53,813 nt of DNA, taken from assembly GCA_038211015.1 (NCBI GenBank), contig JBBQVZ010000002.1:1-53813 (forward strand), read 5' to 3'. Source of the DNA: Actinomycetota bacterium. Lineage in GTDB: Bacteria > Actinomycetota > UBA4738 > HRBIN12. The position numbers and the translations under genes are program-made. Each line of letters begins with the position of its first letter. Within the stretch, counting starts at the first letter, position 1. A model generated the notes under the pieces. That model did no database searches, was not told where the DNA came from, and saw only the letters and a list, made by a program, of their open reading frames with translations. This document shows positions 17,494-25,756 of the stretch, in pieces.

Positions 17494-19932
17494 TCACACG
17501 CGGATCCGCTCGCCCTCCGGATCCCAGAGCGGTTCGTCGGCGACGGCGGCCGGCACCCGCTCGCCGAACACCTCGACCTCGAACGTGGTTCCCGGGATCG
17601 CCAGCTCGATCGGCAGGTAGGCGTAGGCGATCGATGCGCCGACCGTGTAGCCGAGGCCGCCGCTCGTCACGCGGGAGACCACCTCGCCGGAGCGGAACAC
17701 CGGTTCGTTCCCGAGCGTCATCGCGCGCGCGTCTGCGAGCGTCAGACACGAGAGCCTTCGCGTCACCCCACGCGCCAGCACAACCTCCAGGGCCTCGTTC
17801 CCGATGAACCCCGGCACGTCCATCCTGACCGCGAACCCGAGCCCCGCCTCGAACGGATGCTCCTCGGGGGTGATGTCCGAGCCCCACGCCCGATAGCCTT
17901 TCTCGAGACGCAGCGAATCGATCGCGCGATACCCGGCCGGCGTCATACCGAACGGCTCACCGGCCGCGACGAGCGTGTCCCAGAGCGCCCCGGCGAACTC
18001 CACGTCGGGGTAGAGCTCCCAGCCGAGCTCGCCGACGTAGGTCACCCGCAGCGCGAGGCACGGCACGTCGCCCACCACGATCTCGCGCGCGGTCAGGTAC
18101 GGGAACGCCTCGTTCGACAGATCGTCCTCGCTCACCTTCGACACGATGTCGCGGGCGCGCGGTCCCCACAGTCCGAAGCAGCCCTTCGCGCCGGTCACGT
18201 CGCGGACCGTCACCCCGTCGCGCCGGCCGTCCCCGAGCTGCTTGCGGATCCAGCCGATGTCGTGGTTGCCGAACGCCGTCCCGCTCACCAGCAGGTAACG
18301 GTCGTCCCCGATCCGGGTGGCGGTCAGGTCGCATTCGATGCCGCCGCGGCCGTTCAGCATCTGCGTGTAGACCACGGTGCCGATGGGGCGATCCACGTCG
18401 TTCGCCGACAGGCGCTCCAGGAACGCGGTCGCGTCGGGCCCGCTCACCTCGATCTTCGCGAAGCTCGACTCGTCGAAGAGTCCCGCGCGCTCGCGCGTGG
18501 CCACGTGCTCGGCCGCGATCGCGCTCGACCAGTGTTCGCCCGCCCATCCCCGCGGCCGTAGCCGATCGAGCGACGGATCATCGTTCGACCTGAACCAGTT
18601 GGCGCGCTCCCAGCCGGATTTCTCGCCGAACTCCGCGCCGAGGGCCGCCAGGCGGGCATACGTTGGCGCCGTCTTGAGCGGCCGTCCCGCCTGCCGCTCC
18701 TCGCCCGGGTAGTGGATGTCGTAGTACGTCGCGTACACCTCGTACGCGCGCTCGCATGCGTAGCGCCGCGACCGGTAGTGCCGGCCGAAGCGACGGATGT
18801 CCATCTTCCACAGGTCGTACTCGGGCTCGCCGTTCACGATCCAGTCGGCCATGACCTTGCCGACGCCCCCCGCGCCGGCGATCCCGTGCGCGCAGAACCC
18901 GGCCGCCACGAAGAACCCGCGGACGTCGGACTCGCCCAGGATGAACTCGCCGTCGGGGGTGAACGCCTCGGGGCCGTTGATCATCGTCACGACCTCGGCG
19001 TTCTGCAGCACCGGCACCAGCGCGAACGCGTTCTCGGCGAGCGTCTCGAACCGCTCCCAGTCGTCGGGCAGGAGTTGATGGTTGAAGTCGGCGGGCGGGC
19101 CGTCCCGCACCGCCCAGGGCGCGGGGTGCCGTTCGTAGCCACCCATCACCAACCCGCCCCCGGCCTCGCCGCGGAAGTACACGAGCCGATCTGGATCGCG
19201 CATCGTCGGCAGGTCGACGCTCCCGCCGGGGACGGGCTTGGTGAGCAGATACTGATGCGCGAACGGCACGACGGGCACCTCGACGCCGGCCATGCGACCG
19301 AGCTGGTTCGCGTACATCCCCCCGGCGTTCACGACGACGTCCGAGGTGATCGGACCGTGTTCTTCCGTGCGCACACCTCGCACGCGGCCGTCGGCAACGT
19401 CGATGCCCGTGACACGCGTGTTCGTGCGGATCTCGGCTCCGCGTCTGCGCGCGCCCTCGGCGAGCGCGAGTGTCAGGTTGGTCGGATCCAGGTGCCCGTC
19501 GGTCGGGATGAACGCCGCCCCCTGGATGCCGGTCGGATCGAACAGGGGGAACCTCGCGATCGCGGCCTCCGTGGAGATGACGTCGAGCGGCAGGCCGAAC
19601 GTGTGCGCCCAGCCCTCTTGCCGCCGCAGCTCCTGCATCCGCTCGTCCGAGGACGCGAGCCGCAACGAGCCGACCTCGTGCCAGCCGGGGTCCACGCCCG
19701 TCTCGGCCGCCAATCGCCGGTACAGCTCGGCGCCGTACATCATCATCCGCGTGAGCGATACGCTGGAGCGCAGCTGCCCCACGAGTCCGGCCGAGTGGAA
19801 CGTGGAGCCCGATGTCAGCTCGCCGCGATCGAGCAACACGACGTCCTGCCATCCGAGCTCGGTCAGGTGGTACGCGATGCTGGCGCCGGCGACACCGCCG
19901 CCGATGACGATCGCGCGGAAGCTCTCAACCAT
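17494..19932 (-). CDS. dimethylglycine/sarcosine-dehydrogenase-type flavoprotein (second paralog)
   Basis: Track ORF 17494..20025, trimmed to ATG 19932 (MVESFRAIVIGGGVAGAS). Motifs: GSTFHSAGL, VTYVGELGWELY, RLEKGYR. Confidence 0.85.
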   Translation of the reverse strand: MVESFRAIVIGGGVAGASIAYHLTELGWQDVVLLDRGELTSGSTFHSAGLVGQLRSSVSLTRMMMYGAELYRRLAAETGVDPGWHEVGSLRLASSDERMQELRRQEGWAHTFGLPLDVISTEAAIARFPLFDPTGIQGAAFIPTDGHLDPTNLTLALAEGARRRGAEIRTNTRVTGIDVADGRVRGVRTEEHGPITSDVVVNAGGMYANQLGRMAGVEVPVVPFAHQYLLTKPVPGGSVDLPTMRDPDRLVYFRGEAGGGLVMGGYERHPAPWAVRDGPPADFNHQLLPDDWERFETLAENAFALVPVLQNAEVVTMINGPEAFTPDGEFILGESDVRGFFVAAGFCAHGIAGAGGVGKVMADWIVNGEPEYDLWKMDIRRFGRHYRSRRYACERAYEVYATYYDIHYPGEERQAGRPLKTAPTYARLAALGAEFGEKSGWERANWFRSNDDPSLDRLRPRGWAGEHWSSAIAAEHVATRERAGLFDESSFAKIEVSGPDATAFLERLSANDVDRPIGTVVYTQMLNGRGGIECDLTATRIGDDRYLLVSGTAFGNHDIGWIRKQLGDGRRDGVTVRDVTGAKGCFGLWGPRARDIVSKVSEDDLSNEAFPYLTAREIVVGDVPCLALRVTYVGELGWELYPDVEFAGALWDTLVAAGEPFGMTPAGYRAIDSLRLEKGYRAWGSDITPEEHPFEAGLGFAVRMDVPGFIGNEALEVVLARGVTRRLSCLTLADARAMTLGNEPVFRSGEVVSRVTSGGLGYTVGASIAYAYLPIELAIPGTTFEVEVFGERVPAAVADEPLWDPEGERIRV

Positions 19933-20857
19933 CGAGAACGGGTTCCGATGCCGCCGCATGCAACCACGCGTCGAACCTATCGTCCGATGCCGTCGACAGG
20001 CAGCGCGCGAAGTGCCGGTCGGCATAGTCCACGTAGTCGAAGTCGAGCGTCGAGATCGCCTGCTGCACGACGCCCCACATGGCCTCGCGGAAGTCCGACA
20101 TGATCCGCATCAGCTGCAGGCGCGCGCGGTACACATCGGTCACGTCGCCGAAATAGAGGCGGAGCAGGAGCTCCTGCGCCTCAGGGCTGAGTCCGTTGTT
20201 GATCGAGAGGTTGCCGAGGTCGAAGAAGAGGTCGCCCATCCCACCGTACTCGTAGTCGACGATCCAGACGTGATCGCCATCGAGGAGGAAGTTGGCGTTG
20301 AGCAGGTCGTTGTGACACGGCCGGTCCGCGAGCGGCTGCTTCGCGAACGCGCCTTCGATGTCAACAGCCTTCGCGTGGATCTCGTCGAACGCGGCCGGCG
20401 CGACCACGCCGCGAGCTTCGGCGATCGCCCGGTAGTCCTCCACGATGCGGAACACCGGGAACGCGGATGGGATGGGAGGACACGCGTGGATCGCCTTGAC
20501 GGAGCGGATCACGGCCCCGAGCACGTCCTCGCGCTCGAGGTCCTCCTCGGGGATGTGTGAGCCCTGCACGAACCGGGTGATCAGCGCTGAGCGCTCCGGC
20601 AGGTAGGCGAACACTTCGGGAGCAACGCCGGCCCGGGCGGCCGCCGACGCCGCCTCGTTCTCGGCGGCGCGATCGATGCCGAGGAGGTCGGTGTCCTTGC
20701 CCGACAGCCGGACCACGAACGACTCTCCGCCGATGTCGACCCGGAAGTTGCGGTTCGTGATCCCGATGGTGATCGGGGTGATCTCGGGCTCCAGGCCCTC
20801 CCACTCAGGGATCGCCGCGATCGTCGCGGCGAGCGCGGGATCCTGGTCGGCGTCCAC
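19925..20857 (-). CDS. choline/ethanolamine-kinase-fold phosphotransferase (second paralog)
   Basis: HNDLLNANFL and IVDYEYGGMGDLFFDLGN. GTG start at 20857; its 3' end overlaps the dehydrogenase start by 8 nt. Confidence 0.8.
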   Translation of the reverse strand: MDADQDPALAATIAAIPEWEGLEPEITPITIGITNRNFRVDIGGESFVVRLSGKDTDLLGIDRAAENEAASAAARAGVAPEVFAYLPERSALITRFVQGSHIPEEDLEREDVLGAVIRSVKAIHACPPIPSAFPVFRIVEDYRAIAEARGVVAPAAFDEIHAKAVDIEGAFAKQPLADRPCHNDLLNANFLLDGDHVWIVDYEYGGMGDLFFDLGNLSINNGLSPEAQELLLRLYFGDVTDVYRARLQLMRIMSDFREAMWGVVQQAISTLDFDYVDYADRHFARCLSTASDDRFDAWLHAAASEPVLDG

Positions 20858-20863
20858 GCGCGG

Positions 20864-20893
20864 ACGCTACCGCCGCTCTTCGTTCCTGGTCAA
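20864..20893 (-). promoter_or_regulatory. candidate promoter TTGACC-N18-TAGCGT for the kinase/dehydrogenase pair
   Basis: On the minus strand, TTGACC lies at 20893-20888 and TAGCGT at 20869-20864. The GTG start at 20857 follows 6 nt later, implying a leaderless mRNA. This is hexamer matching only. Confidence 0.3.
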
Positions 20894-21004
20894 GCGTGAA
20901 CGAACATGATCGTTCCGGGAGCTGGCGCCTCAAGACGAGACCGAGGGCTTCGAGCTCGTCTCGCCCCAGGGGACCCATGACGGTAGTGGGTCAGATTGAC
21001 TGGG

Positions 21005-21789
21005 CTAGCTGATGCGTCCCGACGCGAGTTCGTGAAGTTGACCTTCGACCTTCTCAGCCATCTCTTTGGCCTCCGCCGATTCGCGAAGCAGTCCGGCAAC
21101 GGCGCTTCCCAGCGCACGATGGAGTTCGTCTGGATCGAGCGATCGCACGAGCGCATCGTCGAACGGATCCAGGACGTCGGCGGGCAGCTCGTCGAAGTCC
21201 CTGCCGTATGTGCCATCGAGCCCTCGGCGCCGACAAGCAAGGGCGAGTGCGTGATCGCGTAACGCGCTGATCCAATACTCCGCCTGCCGATGCCGACCCC
21301 GCTCGATGCAGGATCGTGCATGCAGTGCGTGGTGGACGGCGTATCCGAAGAGTTCGTGTGCGGGAGGCGGCGGACCGAAAGGTTGTTCGACGGCCTCCCC
21401 GAACAGCAGCTTGAACTTCGGCCCGCCCGCACCGAATTCGGAGCTGGCGTGAGTGAGAGATCGAGCTCCAGGCAGTTGGGGAGCAGGAACACCCGGTAGA
21501 TGATCGGCCCGCTGGGGAGGTCGAACAGTTGGACCGCGTCGAACTCACGAACGACGGCCCGGCTCCAGGCTTCCAGCACCTCAGTCACAGGCACGTCGTC
21601 CGCCACGGCGAACATGAGGTCGAGATCCGACCACTCATCCCCCTCATCGTGTGCAAGCGAGCCGAGGACAGCGCCGCCGACCACTCGGGGGTCAGACGAC
21701 GCCATGTCCAGGACCCGATCCCGTAGGCGGTTGCGGTCGCTGATGCTGAACACGTTGCGATTCTGGATCACGGGCCGAGGCAGGAACAA
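21005..21789 (-). pseudogene. nucleotidyltransferase (aminoglycoside/MNT-like), reading frame broken by a frameshift near 21440-21460
   Basis: The N-terminal frame (track ORF 20890..21789) reads VGGAVLGSLAHDEGDEWSDLDLMF...LELDLSLTPA, then turns Ser/Arg-rich. Shifting one base gives a clean continuation, EFGAGGPKFKLLFGEAVEQPFGPPPPAHELFGYAVHHALHARSCIERGRHRQAEYWISALRDHALALACRRRGLDGTYGRDFDELP..., ending at TAG 21005-21007. Confidence 0.7.
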
Positions 21790-21824
21790 GATTCAACCGA
21801 ACCTGCCATCCCCTACTCAGCGGG

Positions 21825-21852
21825 TTGACACCGCCTGACCTGCCCGTACACT
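21825..21852 (+). promoter_or_regulatory. promoter TTGACA-N16-TACACT of the ilv operon
   Basis: TTGACA at 21825-21830 and TACACT at 21847-21852. The leader-peptide ATG begins 9 nt after the -10 hexamer. Confidence 0.55.
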
Positions 21853-21861
21853 GGCAGGACC

Positions 21862-21912
21862 ATGTCGACAAGAGAGCTGTTCGGACGCAGCGTCCTCGTA
21901 CTTATTCGGTAG
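21862..21912 (+). CDS. ilv operon leader peptide [16 protein letters not shown]
   Basis: A 16-codon ORF ending in five consecutive branched-chain codons (GTC CTC GTA CTT ATT). It sits between the promoter and an intrinsic terminator upstream of ilvB. Confidence 0.7.
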   Translation: MSTRELFGRSVLVLIR

Positions 21913-21949
21913 GCGCGGGCGGGCCATGTGGCCTGCGACCGCGCCGATG

Positions 21950-21975
21950 CCCCTCGGAGTCCCGGGGGGTTTTTT
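21950..21975 (+). terminator. intrinsic terminator (attenuator) upstream of ilvB
   Basis: CCCCTCGG-AGTC-CCGGGGGG, an 8-bp stem with one G-U pair, followed directly by TTTTTT (21970-21975). This is the only clear T-tract terminator I saw in the window. Confidence 0.75.
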
Positions 21976-22053
21976 CTACCCCAAGATCCACAGGAAGCAC
22001 CAGCGGAACAGCGAGCGAACGGATCGGGAGCGATCCGAGAGGAGGAGAGGACC

Positions 22054-22377
22054 ATGCGGTACGAGTTCGAGCGGGACGGAACCGTCGTCGCGAGCGTGCT
22101 CTGGGAGGGCCCCGGCCAGGTCACGGTCGCAGCTTCCGAGCCCTCGGTGCGCGCCACGGTCGACCGTTACCTCTCCTCCGAGGTCGTCTACCTCGGCTCG
22201 GGCTTCGACGTCGGCGAGGACCAGGGCGACGAAGCGCTGCAGATGCGGCGCCGGGACTGGACGCCGTGGGAGTTCGAGCGCGCCTGCCGGAACCTGTCCC
22301 ATCGCCTGTCCGCCACGGTGAAGCGGGTCGAGACGGGCCCGGTCGAGGCTCGCACGGGGGAGGTGGCCGCCAGATGA
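22054..22377 (+). CDS. hypothetical 107-aa protein, first cistron of the ilv operon
   Basis: ATG 22054 lies behind GAGAGGAGGAGAGG. Its stop overlaps the ilvB start (ATGA at 22374-22377). Composition is protein-like ([25 protein letters not shown]...[13 protein letters not shown]...). I recognise no family. Confidence 0.6.
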   Translation: MRYEFERDGTVVASVLWEGPGQVTVAASEPSVRATVDRYLSSEVVYLGSGFDVGEDQGDEALQMRRRDWTPWEFERACRNLSHRLSATVKRVETGPVEARTGEVAAR

Positions 22378-24122
22378 AGGTCACCGGCGCGCAGGCGCTG
22401 TTCAAGTCGCTCGAAGGCGAGGGCGTCGACATCGTCTTCGGCATCCCCGGCGGCGCCATCCTGCCGGCCTACGACCCGCTGCTCGATTCGAGCGTCCGAC
22501 ACGTGTTGTGCCGGCACGAGCAGGGCGCCGGGCACGCGGCCGAGGGATACGCCTGGGCCACCGGCAAGGTGGGCGTCGCGATGGCGACGTCGGGCCCCGG
22601 CGGCTGCAACCTGGTCACCGCGCTCGCCGACGCGAAGATGGACTCGGTTCCGATGGTCGCGATCACCGGGCAGGTCCCGACGCCCGTGGTGGGCAACGAC
22701 GCGTTCCAGGAGGCCGACATCACCGGCATCACGATGCCGGTCACGAAGCACAACATGCTCGTGACCGATCCCGGCGACGTCGCCGAGACGATCCGCGAGG
22801 CCTTCCACATCGCGCGCACCGGCCGGCCGGGCCCGGTCCTCGTCGACCTCCCCAAGGACGTGCTCGTCAACGAGACCACGTGGAAGTGGCCGGACAGCGT
22901 GAGCCTGCCGGGCTACAAGCCGACCACCAAGGGCAACATGCGCCAGATCTCCGAGGCCGCGAAGCTGATCATGCGGGCGAAGCGCCCCGTGCTCTACGTC
23001 GGCGGCGGCGTGATCAAGGCGGAAGCTACGAAGGAGCTGTACAAGCTGGCGACGGCGGCCCAGCTGCCCGTCGTCACCACGCTCATGGCGCGCGGCGCGT
23101 TCCCCGACTCGCACGAGCTCTGCCTGGGCATGCCCGGCATGCACGGCAACTACACCGCGGTCACCGCGATGCAGAAGTCGGACCTCCTGATCGCCCTCGG
23201 CGCCAGGTTCGACGACCGGGTCACCGGCAAGCTCGACGCGTTCGCGCCGGACGCGACCGTGATCCACGTGGACATCGACCCGGCCGAGATCGGGAAGAAC
23301 CGCGTGGTGGAGGTGCCGATCGTCGGCGACTGCAAGGACGTGATCGGCAAGCTCGCGAACGAGCTGGGCAAGCGACAGGACGAGGCGGGCGGGGTTCCGG
23401 ACCGGAAAGTCTGGCTGGGTCAGCTCGACACATGGAAGACGACCTATCCGTACCGCTACGACCAGCAGTCGGACGGGCCTCTCAAGCCACAGTTCTGCAT
23501 CGAGCGGCTGTACGAGGCGGCCGGGAGCGACACGATCGTCGTTTCCGGCGTCGGTCAGCACCAGATGTGGGCGTCGCAGTTCTGGCACTTCGAGAAGCCG
23601 CGGCACTGGATCAACTCGGGCGGATTGGGCACCATGGGCTTCGCGGTGCCGGCGGCACTGGGCGCGGCGGCCGGTCAGCCGGACAAGCGCGTGATCGCGA
23701 TCGACGGCGACGGCTGCTTCCAGATGACCGCGCAGGAGCTCGCGACGTCCACGACCGAGAACATCCCGTTCATCACCGCGATCATCAACAACGCATACCT
23801 CGGCATGGTGCGTCAGTGGCAGGAGCTCTTCTACAAGGAGCGCTACAGCCAGGTCTACCTGAGCTACGACACGCCGGACTACGTGAAGCTGGCCGAGGCC
23901 TACGGCTGCGTCGGCCTGCGCGCCGAGCACGCCGACGAGGTCGACACCGTCATCGAGAAGGCGCTGTCGATCACCGACCGGAGCGTCGTGATCGACTTCC
24001 GCGTCGACTCGAACGAGATGTGCTTCCCGATGGTGCCCGCCGGAGCGTCGAACGACGAGATCATCACCGGACCCGAAGGCCTGAAGCGGGCGGACGACCC
24101 GGCCGAGGCACCCATCGCATGA
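22374..24122 (+). CDS. ilvB: acetolactate synthase (AHAS) large subunit
   Basis: Track ORF 21825..24122, trimmed to ATG 22374 ([27 protein letters not shown]). ThDP motif [16 protein letters not shown]...IDGDGCFQM. Confidence 0.95.
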   Translation: MKVTGAQALFKSLEGEGVDIVFGIPGGAILPAYDPLLDSSVRHVLCRHEQGAGHAAEGYAWATGKVGVAMATSGPGGCNLVTALADAKMDSVPMVAITGQVPTPVVGNDAFQEADITGITMPVTKHNMLVTDPGDVAETIREAFHIARTGRPGPVLVDLPKDVLVNETTWKWPDSVSLPGYKPTTKGNMRQISEAAKLIMRAKRPVLYVGGGVIKAEATKELYKLATAAQLPVVTTLMARGAFPDSHELCLGMPGMHGNYTAVTAMQKSDLLIALGARFDDRVTGKLDAFAPDATVIHVDIDPAEIGKNRVVEVPIVGDCKDVIGKLANELGKRQDEAGGVPDRKVWLGQLDTWKTTYPYRYDQQSDGPLKPQFCIERLYEAAGSDTIVVSGVGQHQMWASQFWHFEKPRHWINSGGLGTMGFAVPAALGAAAGQPDKRVIAIDGDGCFQMTAQELATSTTENIPFITAIINNAYLGMVRQWQELFYKERYSQVYLSYDTPDYVKLAEAYGCVGLRAEHADEVDTVIEKALSITDRSVVIDFRVDSNEMCFPMVPAGASNDEIITGPEGLKRADDPAEAPIA

Positions 24123-24676
24123 GCACCCTCCACACGCTCTCCGTCCTGGTCGAAGACCGGCCCGGCGTCCTGACGCGCGTGGCGGGACTGTTCGCCGCCC
24201 GCGGGTTCAACATCGACTCGCTCGCGGTCGGCCCAACCGAGCGGGCCGGCCTGTCACGCATGACGATCGTCGTGACCGTCGACAAGAAGCCGCTGGAGCA
24301 GATCACGAAGCAGCTGAACAAGCTCATCAACGTGATCAAGATCCTGGAGCACGAGCCCGCCGACACCGTGGAGCGGGAGCTGATGCTGGTGAAGGTGCGC
24401 GCCGAGGGCGAGGCGCGAGCGCGGGTCCTGGAGTTCTGCCAGGTCTTCCGCGTCCGGGTGTCCGACGCCACGCACCAGACGCTCACGATCGAGGCCACCG
24501 GGTCGCCCGACAAGCTCTCCGCGCTACTCGAGCTGCTGGGGGACTTCGGGATCGTGGAGCTCGCGCGCACGGGGCGGATCGCGCTCACCCGCGGCAACCG
24601 CGGCATCCGCGAACGGACCCTCAGGTCCGCCAAGGCCGCCGGTGGCGAGGACGCGTGGGACGGCGGCGGCGTGTGA
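24119..24676 (+). CDS. ilvN: acetolactate synthase small (regulatory) subunit
   Basis: ATGA overlap with the ilvB stop. ACT domain start [34 protein letters not shown]. Confidence 0.93.
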   Translation: MSTLHTLSVLVEDRPGVLTRVAGLFAARGFNIDSLAVGPTERAGLSRMTIVVTVDKKPLEQITKQLNKLINVIKILEHEPADTVERELMLVKVRAEGEARARVLEFCQVFRVRVSDATHQTLTIEATGSPDKLSALLELLGDFGIVELARTGRIALTRGNRGIRERTLRSAKAAGGEDAWDGGGV

Positions 24677-24742
24677 GCGACATCGAGTCTGACCCGGACT
24701 AGATAGAGAAGACTGACGAGGACAGAGAGGACGACGACCACC

Positions 24743-25756
24743 ATGGCGACGATCTATTACGAGAAGGACGCCGATGCCGGCGCCCTCAGCGGGCAGAAGA
24801 TCGCGATCCTGGGCTTCGGCAGCCAGGGCCACGCGCACGCGCTGAACCTCCGAGACTCCGGGCACGACGTCCGCGTCGGTCTGCGTCCGGGTTCGTCGTC
24901 GCGGAAGGTCGCCGAGGACGCCGGCCTCCGGGTGCTCGATGTGGCCGACGCCGTGCGCGAGGCCGACGTCGTGATGGTGGTCCTGCCCGACACGGCGCAA
25001 TCCAAGGCGTTCGCCGACGAGATCGGACCGAACCTGGAGCCCGGCAACATGTTGATGTTCGCGCACGGGTTCAACATCCACTTCGGGACGATCGCGGCTC
25101 CCGAGGGCGTGGACGTCACGATGATCGCGCCGAAGGGGCCCGGCCATCTCGTCCGTAGGACGTACGAGCAGGGGATCGGGACGCCGGCGCTGATCGCCGT
25201 GCACCAGGACGCCACCGGCACGGCCCACGGGCGGGCGCTCGCGTACGCGGCAGGCATCGGCGCCGCGCGCGCAGGCGTGCTCGAGACGACGTTCAAAGAG
25301 GAGACCGAGACGGATCTCTTCGGCGAGCAGGCGGTGCTGTGCGGGGGTGCGTCCGCGCTGGTCCAGGCGGGCTTCGAGACGCTCGTCGCGGCCGGGTACC
25401 AGCCCGAGAGCGCGTACTTCGAGTGCCTGCACGAGCTGAAGCTGATCGTGGACATGATGTACGAGGGCGGCCTGTCGTGGATGCGCTACTCCATCTCCGA
25501 TACGGCCGAGTACGGCGACTACACCCGCGGGCCGCGGGTGATCAACACGGAGGTCCGCGCCGAGATGCGCCGGATCCTCGACGAGATCCAGGACGGAACG
25601 TTCGCCAAGGAATGGATCGCGGAAGCGGACGGGGGATTCACCAACTTCCTCCGACTTAGGCAGCAGGCGCGCACGTCCCAGCTCGAAGACGTGGGACGGG
25701 GGCTGCGCCAGATGATGCCCTGGTTGGAGAGCGACACAAAGGTGGTCCCGAAATGA
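24743..25756 (+). CDS. ilvC: ketol-acid reductoisomerase (class I)
   Basis: [21 protein letters not shown], 337 aa. Confidence 0.95.
   Translation: MATIYYEKDADAGALSGQKIAILGFGSQGHAHALNLRDSGHDVRVGLRPGSSSRKVAEDAGLRVLDVADAVREADVVMVVLPDTAQSKAFADEIGPNLEPGNMLMFAHGFNIHFGTIAAPEGVDVTMIAPKGPGHLVRRTYEQGIGTPALIAVHQDATGTAHGRALAYAAGIGAARAGVLETTFKEETETDLFGEQAVLCGGASALVQAGFETLVAAGYQPESAYFECLHELKLIVDMMYEGGLSWMRYSISDTAEYGDYTRGPRVINTEVRAEMRRILDEIQDGTFAKEWIAEADGGFTNFLRLRQQARTSQLEDVGRGLRQMMPWLESDTKVVPK

Noticed and set aside
20996-21262. 88-aa plus-strand ORF (MTGLADASRREFVKLTF...)
   Set aside because: It lies exactly antisense to the well-conserved C-terminal half of the frameshifted nucleotidyltransferase, which explains the open frame better.
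21825-22373. N-terminal 183 codons of the 765-aa track ORF that would extend ilvB upstream
   Set aside because: The extension runs through the promoter, leader peptide, T-tract terminator and the separately framed 107-aa ORF, and is Arg/Gly/Pro-rich. IlvB homology starts at MKVTGAQ (22374).
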